Positions 37,807 to 46,712 are shown, counted from the stretch's first letter. The stretch is 64,000 nt of DNA from an uncultured Candidatus Micrarchaeota archaeon (GCA_963723105.1 CAVRPK010000002.1:121098-185097), one strand, 5' to 3'. A program made the numbers and translations. Notes: generated by a model from the sequence alone, not told the origin.

Positions 37807-39013
37807 CTGTTTTCTGTGAAAATCTTCCCCAGGTTCCTATTCTTGTTCTAAGTTCACTTACTGTTGAAGAATATTCATGGCGAAGTGTTCCGTCATGGAA
37901 CTGTTCACTGCTGTCGGTTCCGGTAAGCTCTGCATCAAGTGCTGCTTCCATCTGCTCTGAGCCTGCAAATGCTCTCCATCTTCTCTGCTCACCAATTGTT
38001 GTGTATGCAGTTACCATATCAAACAATCGTTCTGCTCCAGCAACATCCCCACTCAAAAGCCTAACTCTCGCAGCCTGAATTGCTGATCGAATTCTTTCTC
38101 TTTTTGCTGCTGGGCCTCTATTTCTATATCTTGTTTCAAGCGAATCCATATCTGCTCTTAGCGTTGCGATATTGAGCGTGTCCTGGAATCTGTGCGCCAT
38201 TGCTGGCGTGAATGAAATCCTTCCATCAATGATTCTGTTTATCTCTGCATAATTATCGAGATATCGTCTTCCTTGTCCATTTGCAATCTGCTCAAGAAGA
38301 CCCATCATCATTGAAAGTCTTGCAATCTGAACCTCACTAGAATCAAGTGCATCAAGTGCTCTTTGAGCATACCATGCCGGGCTATGTTCTGCCGGAGCTC
38401 TTCTTGAAGTTCCCCTAAGCGCAACTGCCCTTTCCCTCAAATCTTCTACTTGTTCCGTTTCAGTTCTTGGCTGCACTGTTCCGCTTAATATATGGTATCT
38501 CTGAATCAGTCCTCGAGCCTGCTGAAGATCAACTGTCCTATCTCTCCCAAGTCTTGCTAAAAAAGTATCCATCTCCTGCTGAAGGCTTTGGATGGCAGCT
38601 GCCCGTATTCTATCTTGTGCAACATCTGCAGAAATTAATTCAAGTTGCTGCCTGTAGTGTGTGAGTGTTGCTATTGTTTCAGTTCTAATTGCAGATTGTG
38701 CTGTCCTTAAATCCTCAGTAAATTGTCCAATAAACTGCCTATCTGCTATTGCATCTTCTTCTGAATATATCACTCCCTCTCTGGCATCTTCGCCTCTCTC
38801 AATAATAAATCTGTATCCTCTATCTCTGATAATTGATGCCTGGGATCCTTCTATCCTGCTAAGCTGAGGAAGTCTTGCAAGCAATCTCCCAACTGCTAAA
38901 ATATTAATTCCTCTTTGGTTGTTACGTGTTCCAATATCAATAAGCGCTGATTCAAGTCCGTTGCAATACTTCATCTGGAATGTCCTCACTTTCAATTCCA
39001 GAAATTTGTACAT
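37778..39013 (-). CDS. hypothetical 411-aa protein of the giant-gene cluster (Lys-depleted, Arg-rich, predicted helical)
   Basis: ATG start. It overlaps the upstream 175-aa gene by about 60 nt and the downstream giant gene by up to 29 nt. After the first 15 residues there are no further Lys. Confidence 0.5.
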   Translation of the reverse strand: MYKFLELKVRTFQMKYCNGLESALIDIGTRNNQRGINILAVGRLLARLPQLSRIEGSQASIIRDRGYRFIIERGEDAREGVIYSEEDAIADRQFIGQFTEDLRTAQSAIRTETIATLTHYRQQLELISADVAQDRIRAAAIQSLQQEMDTFLARLGRDRTVDLQQARGLIQRYHILSGTVQPRTETEQVEDLRERAVALRGTSRRAPAEHSPAWYAQRALDALDSSEVQIARLSMMMGLLEQIANGQGRRYLDNYAEINRIIDGRISFTPAMAHRFQDTLNIATLRADMDSLETRYRNRGPAAKRERIRSAIQAARVRLLSGDVAGAERLFDMVTAYTTIGEQRRWRAFAGSEQMEAALDAELTGTDSSEQFHDGTLRHEYSSTVSELRTRIGTWGRFSQKTVATETLASY

Positions 39014-39479
39014 TTGTTGGAGTTCCTGCGAGAAGCAATCTCATTCCAATATCATAAACTTCTCCGATTCTTACAATCTTATCTCTTGCCTCTGCAAGTG
39101 ACCTAACTGCATTTCCAAGTCTTCCTTCATTTGCTTCGGTTACTGATCTTTCAATTACTGCTTCTATCATTTCAAGTTCGTTTGTGTATCTTTGCCCAAG
39201 AATCGGAACAGATGTAAGATGCATTCTTGTAACTGTTCTTCGAAGCATATCTGCATCCCTTTGAACTCCTTCTGAGGTCCTTGCTCCAGGACTTACTCTT
39301 ATTTCTCCTGCGTATTCGAGCAGTTCACTGATCTGTGCTTGCACTCTTGTAAGTCCTTCTCTAAGTTCCTGTTCTTGTCCTGGACTTACTACTGTTCTGA
39401 TTGGTACAATAGAAATTGGAAGGTGACTTTCTTCTCTTGTTTCCGGTCTTCTTCTTTGACGTTCTGCCATAATCTTCAC
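38952..39479 (-). CDS. hypothetical 175-aa protein of the giant-gene cluster (Arg-rich)
   Basis: Start GTG at 39479 or ATG at 39470; abuts the stop of the 106-aa gene. Composition matches the cluster. Confidence 0.45.
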   Translation of the reverse strand: MKIMAERQRRRPETREESHLPISIVPIRTVVSPGQEQELREGLTRVQAQISELLEYAGEIRVSPGARTSEGVQRDADMLRRTVTRMHLTSVPILGQRYTNELEMIEAVIERSVTEANEGRLGNAVRSLAEARDKIVRIGEVYDIGMRLLLAGTPTNVQISGIESEDIPDEVLQRT

Positions 39480-39800
39480 CTATGAATATGTTTGACAAAT
39501 TAGAACAAAGTCACGCAGTCTATCCATGCGAGCTTTCTCATCTTCTTTTCCTTTTGCTCTTAGTGCTTCTCTCTGCCAGCTTTCAAGAGCGCCGTGGAAA
39601 TTCCTTATTTTTACAACCTGCGGAAAAATATTGTCTGGTTTTGTTGGTGCAGCATCCCATTTTGCAAGGAAACTCTCCAGGGAATTGAGTGTTCGCCCTA
39701 CACGTTTCATTGTTTCATCTTCAACAGAATTAACATCCAGTTTTTTTGGGATTTTTGTTACTTTTGATTTACGTGAAGGTTTCTTTTTAGACATAGACAC
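39480..39800 (-). CDS. hypothetical 106-aa protein with strongly basic Lys-rich N-terminus (possible nucleic-acid-binding or chaperone-like)
   Basis: MSMSKKKPSRKSKVTKIPKK... followed by a predicted helical domain. It is preceded by a TTTATAAA box about 40 nt upstream (39828-39835, minus strand). Confidence 0.45.
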   Translation of the reverse strand: MSMSKKKPSRKSKVTKIPKKLDVNSVEDETMKRVGRTLNSLESFLAKWDAAPTKPDNIFPQVVKIRNFHGALESWQREALRAKGKEDEKARMDRLRDFVLICQTYS

Positions 39801-39916
39801 ACCTATAAAAAAGTATGCCGAAGCAACTTTATAAATGTGGCTTTGATCCTATTGAGTATTATTAGTATGGATTATGGCAGTAAAATTAGAAAAATAAATT
39901 AGAAAAAAGAAAAAAT
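39801..39916 (-). promoter_or_regulatory. intra-cluster spacer with oligo-T tract directly after the 1253-aa gene stop and TTTATAAA / TTTTTATA boxes upstream of the 106-aa gene; candidate terminator plus internal promoter
   Basis: On the minus strand, TTTTTTCTTTTTTCT follows the stop. The TATA-like octamers lie at -44 and -19 relative to the next ATG. Confidence 0.3.
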
Positions 39917-42900
39917 TTATTCTGCATTTCTATTTGCACGAGCAAAAGTCATGATGTGTGATGAGAGTCCTTTTCGAGCGCGCCTTGCATCAAATGTAAC
40001 CTCAGTTATCTCTTCGCGTTCTTCTTCTCCCTCAGGTACATCTACCTTTGTTTTTACTATTTTCACTCCCCAGCCTTTTCTTAGCTGTGCGCTTCTTTTG
40101 CTGGTTCCCTCAAGCACTCTTAGAACTTCTCCTTTAACTGCAGTTTCAGCTCTAGCTCGATCTCCGCCATATAACTTTTGCAGGGATTCTTGGTCTCCAT
40201 AAAGTCTTTCAAATGTTATATCCACGAATTCTGTCCATTCTGTGAATCTCTCATCAGCATAGAACTGGCTTGCTGCCTTGGTTTGCTCTGCTTTTGTTGG
40301 GCCTGCTCTTGTCTCAGTAGATCTCATATCCTCTGCATTGAATATGTATCCTGCATTAATTGCACCCTGAGCGCTTTTTCCTCGTGGCTCTGTAAACGGA
40401 TCATAATCACTTACTGATCCTCCAGATTCCTTATGCCTTACAAGAAGCTGTACAAACTGATCTGATCTTCCAGTGTTTATCTTGTACAGTGCGCCGTTTT
40501 TGACGAACTTTTCAAGAAGTTCTCGAACATCTGGCTGAGCAACAAACGCATCTTTTGAAGGTTGCAGTTGTAAGTTGAGCTGGGATATTGCTTTTTCTGC
40601 TTGATTCAGTCTATACTCGGTTGTGCAGTCCTCATCCCATCCGCTTTCTCCTGCCTTTGTCATAACCTTGGCAAATGTGCTTCTCATGGTTTCTTCTGGA
40701 ACTTCATCTGAAAGTGGATTTGGAGTGCCTTCACCTGAAGATATTTCGCTTCTCCAAGCTGCCAGGAATTCTTCTCTATGTTCGGTCTTTACAAATCTTT
40801 CTGCTTCGCCACGATTTACAAGTGGAAGCATAAGTGTTGTTACCATTGCTTTCTGTGCAACTGCAAAGTCAACATTTTCATCTCCACTGATTCCGAATCT
40901 TTCCATAGCCTCATCCTGCTGTTCAGTGATAAGGAATCTTCGCTCGTTCCAGGTAATCATGTTCTTGGTATCTCTAAGGAATGCGCCATCTATTTTTGCG
41001 CCTCCTTCTTCACCTTCTTCTCCCTGCTGAGTTCTAAGATAATTGACAAATTCATCTGACTTTTGTTTGTTAAGCTTTAGTCCATCTGTAATTTGTTCAG
41101 TATCCATTTCAAGTAAACAACATACTGGCATTGCTTTGTTTGGCAGCCATCCCTCATCAGTAACAAGGTCTGGTGCTTCAAATGCCGCAACATCATCATC
41201 ATTTTCAAAACTGAATGGGGCAGCTTTGCAGCTTTCTGGAATATGTACCTTTTTCGTGCTGCATGTTTCAGGTGTATCAACTGGAAGTTCTCTTGGCTCA
41301 CTCTTTACTCTGATAAGTGATCTTCTCTCCTGGAAGAATCTCAGAACTTCTGGATTTTCAGCAACCCACTCGAGATTTTCTTCGCCTCGAACTCCATAAT
41401 TGTCCCTGTAAAATTGTTCTCCCCGACCAGCTAGTTTGGTGTAATCATCCTTACTGTCATTGATGAGTCTTCTATGAGTTTGTGGTGTGTCAACTGAAGT
41501 TACCCATGTCCATGGCTGATAAAGTCTGCTGTGTCCATCCAATGCAAATTTGGTATTTTGGGGAACACTTGCAGTGTAATGCTGCCATAAACTTGGAGAT
41601 GCATTATATCCATAAATTCCAGTTCCAACTATGTATCCCAATGTGATTGCATGTATAATTCCAACATGCCATCTTTTGAGGTTGAACCATCCAAACATTT
41701 TGTATGTTTTTTTATTGTCATTTCCAATTCTTGGAATAACCTGTCTTCTTTCTTTAATTAAATTCTTTACGAGTGTTCTAAGTGTTGTGATGGTATATAC
41801 TTTACCTGCTATCCATCCAACTACATCAAGAGTAAAGAATGTTCTATAGAACCCATGTGCGATTCTATCAAATAGCCCTTCAATTTCCATCGGCAGTGCT
41901 TCAACCTTTTCCCCAGTCTTTTCCCAAATAGTTTTTGCAATAACCCACTGTGTTTCACTGATCTCTCCGATCTCCATGATGGAACCATCTTCAAGTTTCT
42001 TAATTGCAAGTTTAGCTGCTTCCCGAGCTGGGTATGCATACTTGTTCTTGAATTTTATGCATTTTCCATCAACATATCCTTTTGGAAGGCTCATGTTTCT
42101 TGTTGCTTCAACTATTTTTTGAAGTTCTTTTTTTACTTCTTCAGGTAATTCTGAACCTTTAACATCTTCTGCAAGCTTGTTGATTTTTGCATTAAATTCT
42201 TCCCATTCCTTTTCGAAAGATTCTTTTGCAACCTGCTCAATTGTTTTTGCAAATCCTCCAGTTTCTTTGATTTGTGGCCCTCTTTCATTTGCAAGTGCTT
42301 GCATCAACGACTCTTTTTCTGAAAGAGCTTCTTCAACATCATCTAATAGCAATGTGATTTTTGGATATTCTGCCCATTTCATTGTTTCAGGCATTTCTTT
42401 CAAAAGTCCAGCATCATTTGCTTCAAGAAGTTTTCTTCTAAATGCTGTTTCAAATTCTGTAAGTTTTTCTCCAAAGAATTTTCTCTTATCAGAGGCTTCT
42501 TTGTATACTGTCATCATTCCTTGTAACAGGCCGGTAAGATGTGTAACATCTTGTTCTGCAGCTTCAACTTCTCGGTTAAGACCTTCCTCGAGTTGTCTCA
42601 CCTGCTCTACTTTATCCCCAACAATCTCTCCTTTATCTCTTGCCTGCTGGATCCTTTCAGATGCTTCTGATCTTTTTTGTTTTGCAGCTTGCAGTACTGC
42701 TTTAGCTTCTTCTACTTTTGGCGCTAACTGATTCACCGGTTCTGCTGCCTGTTCAACTGTTTCTTTGCTGATCTGCTCAAGTCCAAGGCCTGGAACTCCT
42801 GTTTCTGCATGAATTTCATTTGAAGGAGTTTGCATAATCTCCCGAACCACTTTTCTAAACTCATCAACTGTTCTCTCTATTGGTTCATTTGATTTTTGCT

Positions 42901-43678
42901 CTAGATAAGTATCTACGTAATTAGGGTCAATAAGTCCTCTTTGAACTCTTAATTTTGCATCTGTAGTGAGTGACTTTCTCTCAGATAGCTGTTTGAGGAC
43001 ACTACCAATGTATTCCCCCTCTTTACCTTGGCTCTCCGTTTTGGCAACATTTTCCAAAAATGCGAAAAATGCTTCTGGTGGCGACGGACAGTCTGCTCCC
43101 CATCTTCCCCAAAATTCTCCAATATTTGTTGTTTTCAATCCTATTAATGTAACATATAATATATCAAGGTCATCTGCTGATAACTCCTCGACAGTACGTT
43201 TCTCAAGCATTCCAGCAAGCCTTTTTCTTACCTTAACCATTTGTTCTTTGTATTTTGGACTTGCTTCCTCCAGCGGAGTTGGAAGCTGGTCCTGGTTTCT
43301 TACAATTGCAATGAACTGATCCTGGCACATTACAGTTCGAATCAAATCGTCTGAAGTATCAAATCCTTCTGCTCTGACGTTTCCTCTTCGAAGTGCGTTA
43401 ATGAGTATTTTGTTAAATCCATGAAGCCCTGCATTTGCAACATCTGAGCTGTCTGATCCTTTTGTTGCTCTTCCTTGTTTTTCTTCTTCATGTTCATCTC
43501 GAGCAGCAAGTCTTGCTTTCTCCTCATCTGCGGCAATTAGGGTTTTTCTAGACCTTGAAAATGGTCTTGCTGCCCAACCTTTTTTTACTGTTCCCCCTAC
43601 TGCTCCAGCGGCTCTTCTAAATTTGCCTACTGCTGGATCTCTCGTCTGTGCTTGTTTCATACCTGTGCTATCCGCCAT
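39917..43678 (-). CDS. hypothetical 1253-aa protein, first gene of the cluster; acidic, Lys-containing, with one internal hydrophobic segment and coiled-coil-like regions
   Basis: ATG start preceded by an AT-rich promoter-like spacer (43679-43885). The hydrophobic stretch is WHVGIIHAITLGYIVGTGIYGY. Long heptad-like Glu/Lys/Gln-rich segments are present. Unlike the five downstream genes it has normal Lys content. Confidence 0.6.
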   Translation of the reverse strand: MADSTGMKQAQTRDPAVGKFRRAAGAVGGTVKKGWAARPFSRSRKTLIAADEEKARLAARDEHEEEKQGRATKGSDSSDVANAGLHGFNKILINALRRGNVRAEGFDTSDDLIRTVMCQDQFIAIVRNQDQLPTPLEEASPKYKEQMVKVRKRLAGMLEKRTVEELSADDLDILYVTLIGLKTTNIGEFWGRWGADCPSPPEAFFAFLENVAKTESQGKEGEYIGSVLKQLSERKSLTTDAKLRVQRGLIDPNYVDTYLEQKSNEPIERTVDEFRKVVREIMQTPSNEIHAETGVPGLGLEQISKETVEQAAEPVNQLAPKVEEAKAVLQAAKQKRSEASERIQQARDKGEIVGDKVEQVRQLEEGLNREVEAAEQDVTHLTGLLQGMMTVYKEASDKRKFFGEKLTEFETAFRRKLLEANDAGLLKEMPETMKWAEYPKITLLLDDVEEALSEKESLMQALANERGPQIKETGGFAKTIEQVAKESFEKEWEEFNAKINKLAEDVKGSELPEEVKKELQKIVEATRNMSLPKGYVDGKCIKFKNKYAYPAREAAKLAIKKLEDGSIMEIGEISETQWVIAKTIWEKTGEKVEALPMEIEGLFDRIAHGFYRTFFTLDVVGWIAGKVYTITTLRTLVKNLIKERRQVIPRIGNDNKKTYKMFGWFNLKRWHVGIIHAITLGYIVGTGIYGYNASPSLWQHYTASVPQNTKFALDGHSRLYQPWTWVTSVDTPQTHRRLINDSKDDYTKLAGRGEQFYRDNYGVRGEENLEWVAENPEVLRFFQERRSLIRVKSEPRELPVDTPETCSTKKVHIPESCKAAPFSFENDDDVAAFEAPDLVTDEGWLPNKAMPVCCLLEMDTEQITDGLKLNKQKSDEFVNYLRTQQGEEGEEGGAKIDGAFLRDTKNMITWNERRFLITEQQDEAMERFGISGDENVDFAVAQKAMVTTLMLPLVNRGEAERFVKTEHREEFLAAWRSEISSGEGTPNPLSDEVPEETMRSTFAKVMTKAGESGWDEDCTTEYRLNQAEKAISQLNLQLQPSKDAFVAQPDVRELLEKFVKNGALYKINTGRSDQFVQLLVRHKESGGSVSDYDPFTEPRGKSAQGAINAGYIFNAEDMRSTETRAGPTKAEQTKAASQFYADERFTEWTEFVDITFERLYGDQESLQKLYGGDRARAETAVKGEVLRVLEGTSKRSAQLRKGWGVKIVKTKVDVPEGEEEREEITEVTFDARRARKGLSSHIMTFARANRNAE

Positions 43679-43885
43679 ATTTACACCTGATTATCATTAT
43701 ATTTCAATTATACTCAGTAGTATAATGTGTCTCCTATTCTTTTTAAATGTATTTATTTGTGGGGTTTCGTGCAAAGTCCAAATCCGCAGATTTCCACATG
43801 CCTATTTGATCGTAAATAGAAGAATATCTGGTGGAACTCTCCACCTGTCAAAATACAACTGTGGGCCTACTGAGCATTTTGACAA

Positions 43886-45361
43886 TCAGACAATCCTATC
43901 AATTATTTTCTTTGCATCAAAAGGTTCAAGATCTGTATACTGTTGTCCCATTCCAACATAAATAATAGGGATTCCTGTTGCTTTGTTTATTGAAAGCATA
44001 GTTCCTCCTTTAGGATCGCAATCTAGTTTTGTGAGAATTACTCCATCTATTCCAATTTCTTTGTTAAATGAAGAAATCTGTTCAATTATTGCATTTCCTG
44101 CAATGCTCTCTCCAATATAAATTGTTAGATCAGGTTCAATTACTCTTGTCATTTTTTTCATTTCATTGATCAGGCTGATGTTTGTATCCTGCCGTCCTGC
44201 AGTATCAATTAAAACAGCATTAATTCCATGTGCTTTTGCATAATTGGCAGCATCATACGCAACAGAAGTAGGATCACTCCCATATTCTCTTTTTATCATC
44301 TTGACATTTAGTCTGTCTGCGTGCACTTGCATCTGTTCAATTGCAGCTGCTCTAAAAGTATCTGCTGCAGCAAAAACAACCTTTTGATCATTGTCAAGAA
44401 GTAATTTTGCAACCTTTGCAATAGTTGTTGTTTTTCCAGCGCCATTAATCCCAAGAAATATTATTTTTACTGGTTCGCTAGATGATTTGACACGCTCAAG
44501 AATGTCAAATATATCCTCATTTTCAAGCATATCAACCAATGTTTCTTTCATTGTCTGATTGATAAAAGAATGAAGATCATCTTTTTTGATTTTACTTCCA
44601 ATCAATTTTTCGCTAAGCTCAGCGCGTATTGCTTCTGCAACAGACATTTCAACATCTGCCTCGAGCAATTCCAGCTCAAATTCTTCAAGAAGGTTTTCTA
44701 CATCCTTTGAACTTATTTCAACTTCTCTGGTGATAAAACTTTTAATTGCACCAAGAGCCCCAACTTTTATCCTTTCCTTTGGTTTTTCTTCAACAATTTT
44801 TTCAGGCTCTTTTTCCGGACTTTTTTCTTCTACAATCCTTGCAGGTTCTTCTTTTGGAAGAACTATATCTTCAGGCTCTTCAATTTTTGGCGTGGTGGTT
44901 TCTTCTTCAGGCCCATCCATTTCAACAGGTTCTTCAATAACTTCTTCTGGCTGAGAAATTTCATTTGCCTCTTCAATTATTTCTTCAGATTGAATAACCT
45001 CTTCTTCATCAGTTATTTCTTGTTCTGGCGAAATAACATCAACAGGTTCTTCAATTATTTCCTTAGTTGGCTCTTCCTTGATAATTGGTTTTTCTTGAGG
45101 AGTAGGTTTTTCAATTTTCTTTTTTGGAGTTGTTTTAACTGGTTCTGGTTTTTTCTCTGTTTTGACTTTTGGTTTTTTTTCAATAACTGCCTTTGGCTTC
45201 TCTACAGGTTTGGTTTTTTTCTCTTGTTTTTTTACAGGTTTACTTTCTTTCTTCTTTTCAACCTGGACTTTTTTCTTTTCTGGTTTTGGTTCTTTCTCTT
45301 CTTCGGTTTTAGTGAGTTTGTCAACAAACCCTCCGATTTTTTTCTTTAAGAAGTCAAACAT
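43886..45361 (-). CDS. ftsY: signal recognition particle receptor FtsY with long Lys/Glu/Pro-rich N-terminal extension
   Basis: C-terminal NG domain with GINGAGKTTTIAKVA (G1), DTAGR (G3) and TKLD (G4). The N-terminal approx 250 residues are KEKP-type low complexity. Confidence 0.9.
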   Translation of the reverse strand: MFDFLKKKIGGFVDKLTKTEEEKEPKPEKKKVQVEKKKESKPVKKQEKKTKPVEKPKAVIEKKPKVKTEKKPEPVKTTPKKKIEKPTPQEKPIIKEEPTKEIIEEPVDVISPEQEITDEEEVIQSEEIIEEANEISQPEEVIEEPVEMDGPEEETTTPKIEEPEDIVLPKEEPARIVEEKSPEKEPEKIVEEKPKERIKVGALGAIKSFITREVEISSKDVENLLEEFELELLEADVEMSVAEAIRAELSEKLIGSKIKKDDLHSFINQTMKETLVDMLENEDIFDILERVKSSSEPVKIIFLGINGAGKTTTIAKVAKLLLDNDQKVVFAAADTFRAAAIEQMQVHADRLNVKMIKREYGSDPTSVAYDAANYAKAHGINAVLIDTAGRQDTNISLINEMKKMTRVIEPDLTIYIGESIAGNAIIEQISSFNKEIGIDGVILTKLDCDPKGGTMLSINKATGIPIIYVGMGQQYTDLEPFDAKKIIDRIV

Positions 45362-45401
45362 TTTTCAAAACCCTTTTTTAAATAATTAAAAGGTTAAAAA
45401 A

Positions 45402-45848
45402 TTAGATATAATCCTCTCTAATATTATCATCTACTCTCTGACTAAGTCTGTTTTGCTGTTCCATTGATTGAAGCTGTCCTGATGCGTCTTTGAGTTTAGT
45501 TGCAATTTTGTTGAATTCTTCAGTCAATTTTGTAACTGCGTTTTTAGTTGCTTCAATTCTTTTTTCAAGCTCAAGTTTTGCATTTTCCTTTTTCATTTCC
45601 ATTAAGTATTGAGCTCCAATTGGAATAAGTACATGTTCTCCCTCAAGTGATCCTCTAACAAGGGCGCCTCCGCCAATTGGAACAAGGGCCTTTTCATCTT
45701 TCAATCCTTCAACTGCTTTGAGTGCATTTGTTAAATCTACAGTAGTGAGGCTGATTCGCTCAGTTTCACGTTTAATCATTTGGATTTGTTCTTTGTAAAC
45801 TGCAAGCTCATAATTAATCTGCATTCTGTTTTGTTCTGCTGTAGTCAT
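45402..45848 (-). CDS. pfdA: prefoldin alpha subunit
   Basis: About 150 aa: coiled coil, two beta-hairpin segments (VPIGGGALVRGSL and VLIPIGAQYLMEM), coiled coil. The ORF track starts at a TTG (45857); the ATG at approx 45848 is the more likely start. Confidence 0.75.
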   Translation of the reverse strand: MTTAEQNRMQINYELAVYKEQIQMIKRETERISLTTVDLTNALKAVEGLKDEKALVPIGGGALVRGSLEGEHVLIPIGAQYLMEMKKENAKLELEKRIEATKNAVTKLTEEFNKIATKLKDASGQLQSMEQQNRLSQRVDDNIREDYI

Positions 45849-45858
45849 ACAAATCAAC

Positions 45859-46032
45859 TTATGCTTTTTCTACCTTTTCAATGATTATTCTATTTCTCTT
45901 GACACCATTGTGTGATCCAAATAACCCATATGCCTTATCCCGTGCTGCATTTTCAGTTGGTGCTTCAATTGTTTTTGAAAATGGTCTCTTTTCTTTTCCG
46001 AGCATTATAGTTCCACTAATATTGAATTCCAT
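45859..46032 (-). CDS. ribosomal protein LX (L18Ae family), 57 aa; missing from the ORF track (<60 aa)
   Basis: Minus-strand translation gives MEFNISGTIMLGKEKRPFSKTIEAPTENAARDKAYGLFGSHNGVKRNRIIIEKVEKA, matching the archaeal LX consensus (MEF.V.G...LGKEKR.FSK.IEA...A.EK.YSLIGS.HGVKRN.I.I..VE) recalled from memory. GGAGGG lies 6 nt upstream. It sits in the canonical position between aIF6 and pfdA. Confidence 0.75.
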   Translation of the reverse strand: MEFNISGTIMLGKEKRPFSKTIEAPTENAARDKAYGLFGSHNGVKRNRIIIEKVEKA

Positions 46033-46049
46033 GATGAACCCTCCAACTA

Positions 46050-46712
46050 TTATTTTATTAAACCAAGTGCCTCTTCGACACGTCCAAGTTCGAATGCAGT
46101 TGTTGCTTCTCCAGCTACATAACCGTGGCTGTTAACAACAACTCCATAACTAACATATCCTGTTCCAGTATTAATTGTTCCTTTATTGCCACGTACTTTT
46201 AGTATATCTTTCAATTGCTCCATTTCATCACTGCTTGTTTTGAAATGAGCTAAGAATCCATTGTTGGTTGCTATACAAGTACTTCCAACTGTACTGTGTC
46301 CTGCAATCATCATAGGAACAAGTTCAACGTCAAGTGCATCTTCCATTTTTTTTACTTCTTTTTTATCAAGATGCGGATTTACTATCCCTGCCTTGTCGTT
46401 TGCTGCAATGTTGTTACCATTTGCATTTTGACTGTCCTTTGAAACATAAACATTGAGACCGCTTTTTTTGATTTTGTCTGTCTCTTCTTGAGCTATGACA
46501 TTTGGAAGAATTATTCCATTTGAATTCATAGCAAGATAGACTCCAAGAAGATTTGAATCAGAGATCCCAACCTTGATGATTTCTGTTTTTAGAGTTTCTT
46601 CAACAATTGTCTCAAGTTTTTTCATGCTGTCAATCGGCAGCATGGTAAACTCATCATTTGTTTTAATGAACATCCCTATCCAGGGATTTCCAAAGTATGT
46701 GGTTTTTATCAT
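46050..46712 (-). CDS. translation initiation factor 6 (aIF6/eIF6)
   Basis: 220 aa with the five-fold pseudo-repeat and conserved ...NSNGIILPN... and GTINTGTGYVSYGVVVNSHG segments. Confidence 0.9.
   Translation of the reverse strand: MIKTTYFGNPWIGMFIKTNDEFTMLPIDSMKKLETIVEETLKTEIIKVGISDSNLLGVYLAMNSNGIILPNVIAQEETDKIKKSGLNVYVSKDSQNANGNNIAANDKAGIVNPHLDKKEVKKMEDALDVELVPMMIAGHSTVGSTCIATNNGFLAHFKTSSDEMEQLKDILKVRGNKGTINTGTGYVSYGVVVNSHGYVAGEATTAFELGRVEEALGLIK

Noticed and set aside
39470-39479. Choice between GTG (39479) and ATG (39470) start for the 175-aa gene and between TTG (37806) and the downstream ATG for the 2360-aa gene
   Set aside because: Cannot be resolved from sequence alone. The ORF-track coordinates are reported with this caveat.
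19410-43885. Interpretation of the giant-gene block as a prophage, integrative element or fresh horizontal transfer
   Set aside because: No integrase, transposase, capsid or terminase-like ORFs. No tRNA at the borders. No flanking direct repeats found. Arg codon choice (AGA/AGG) matches the host. The elevated GC is explained by amino-acid composition.
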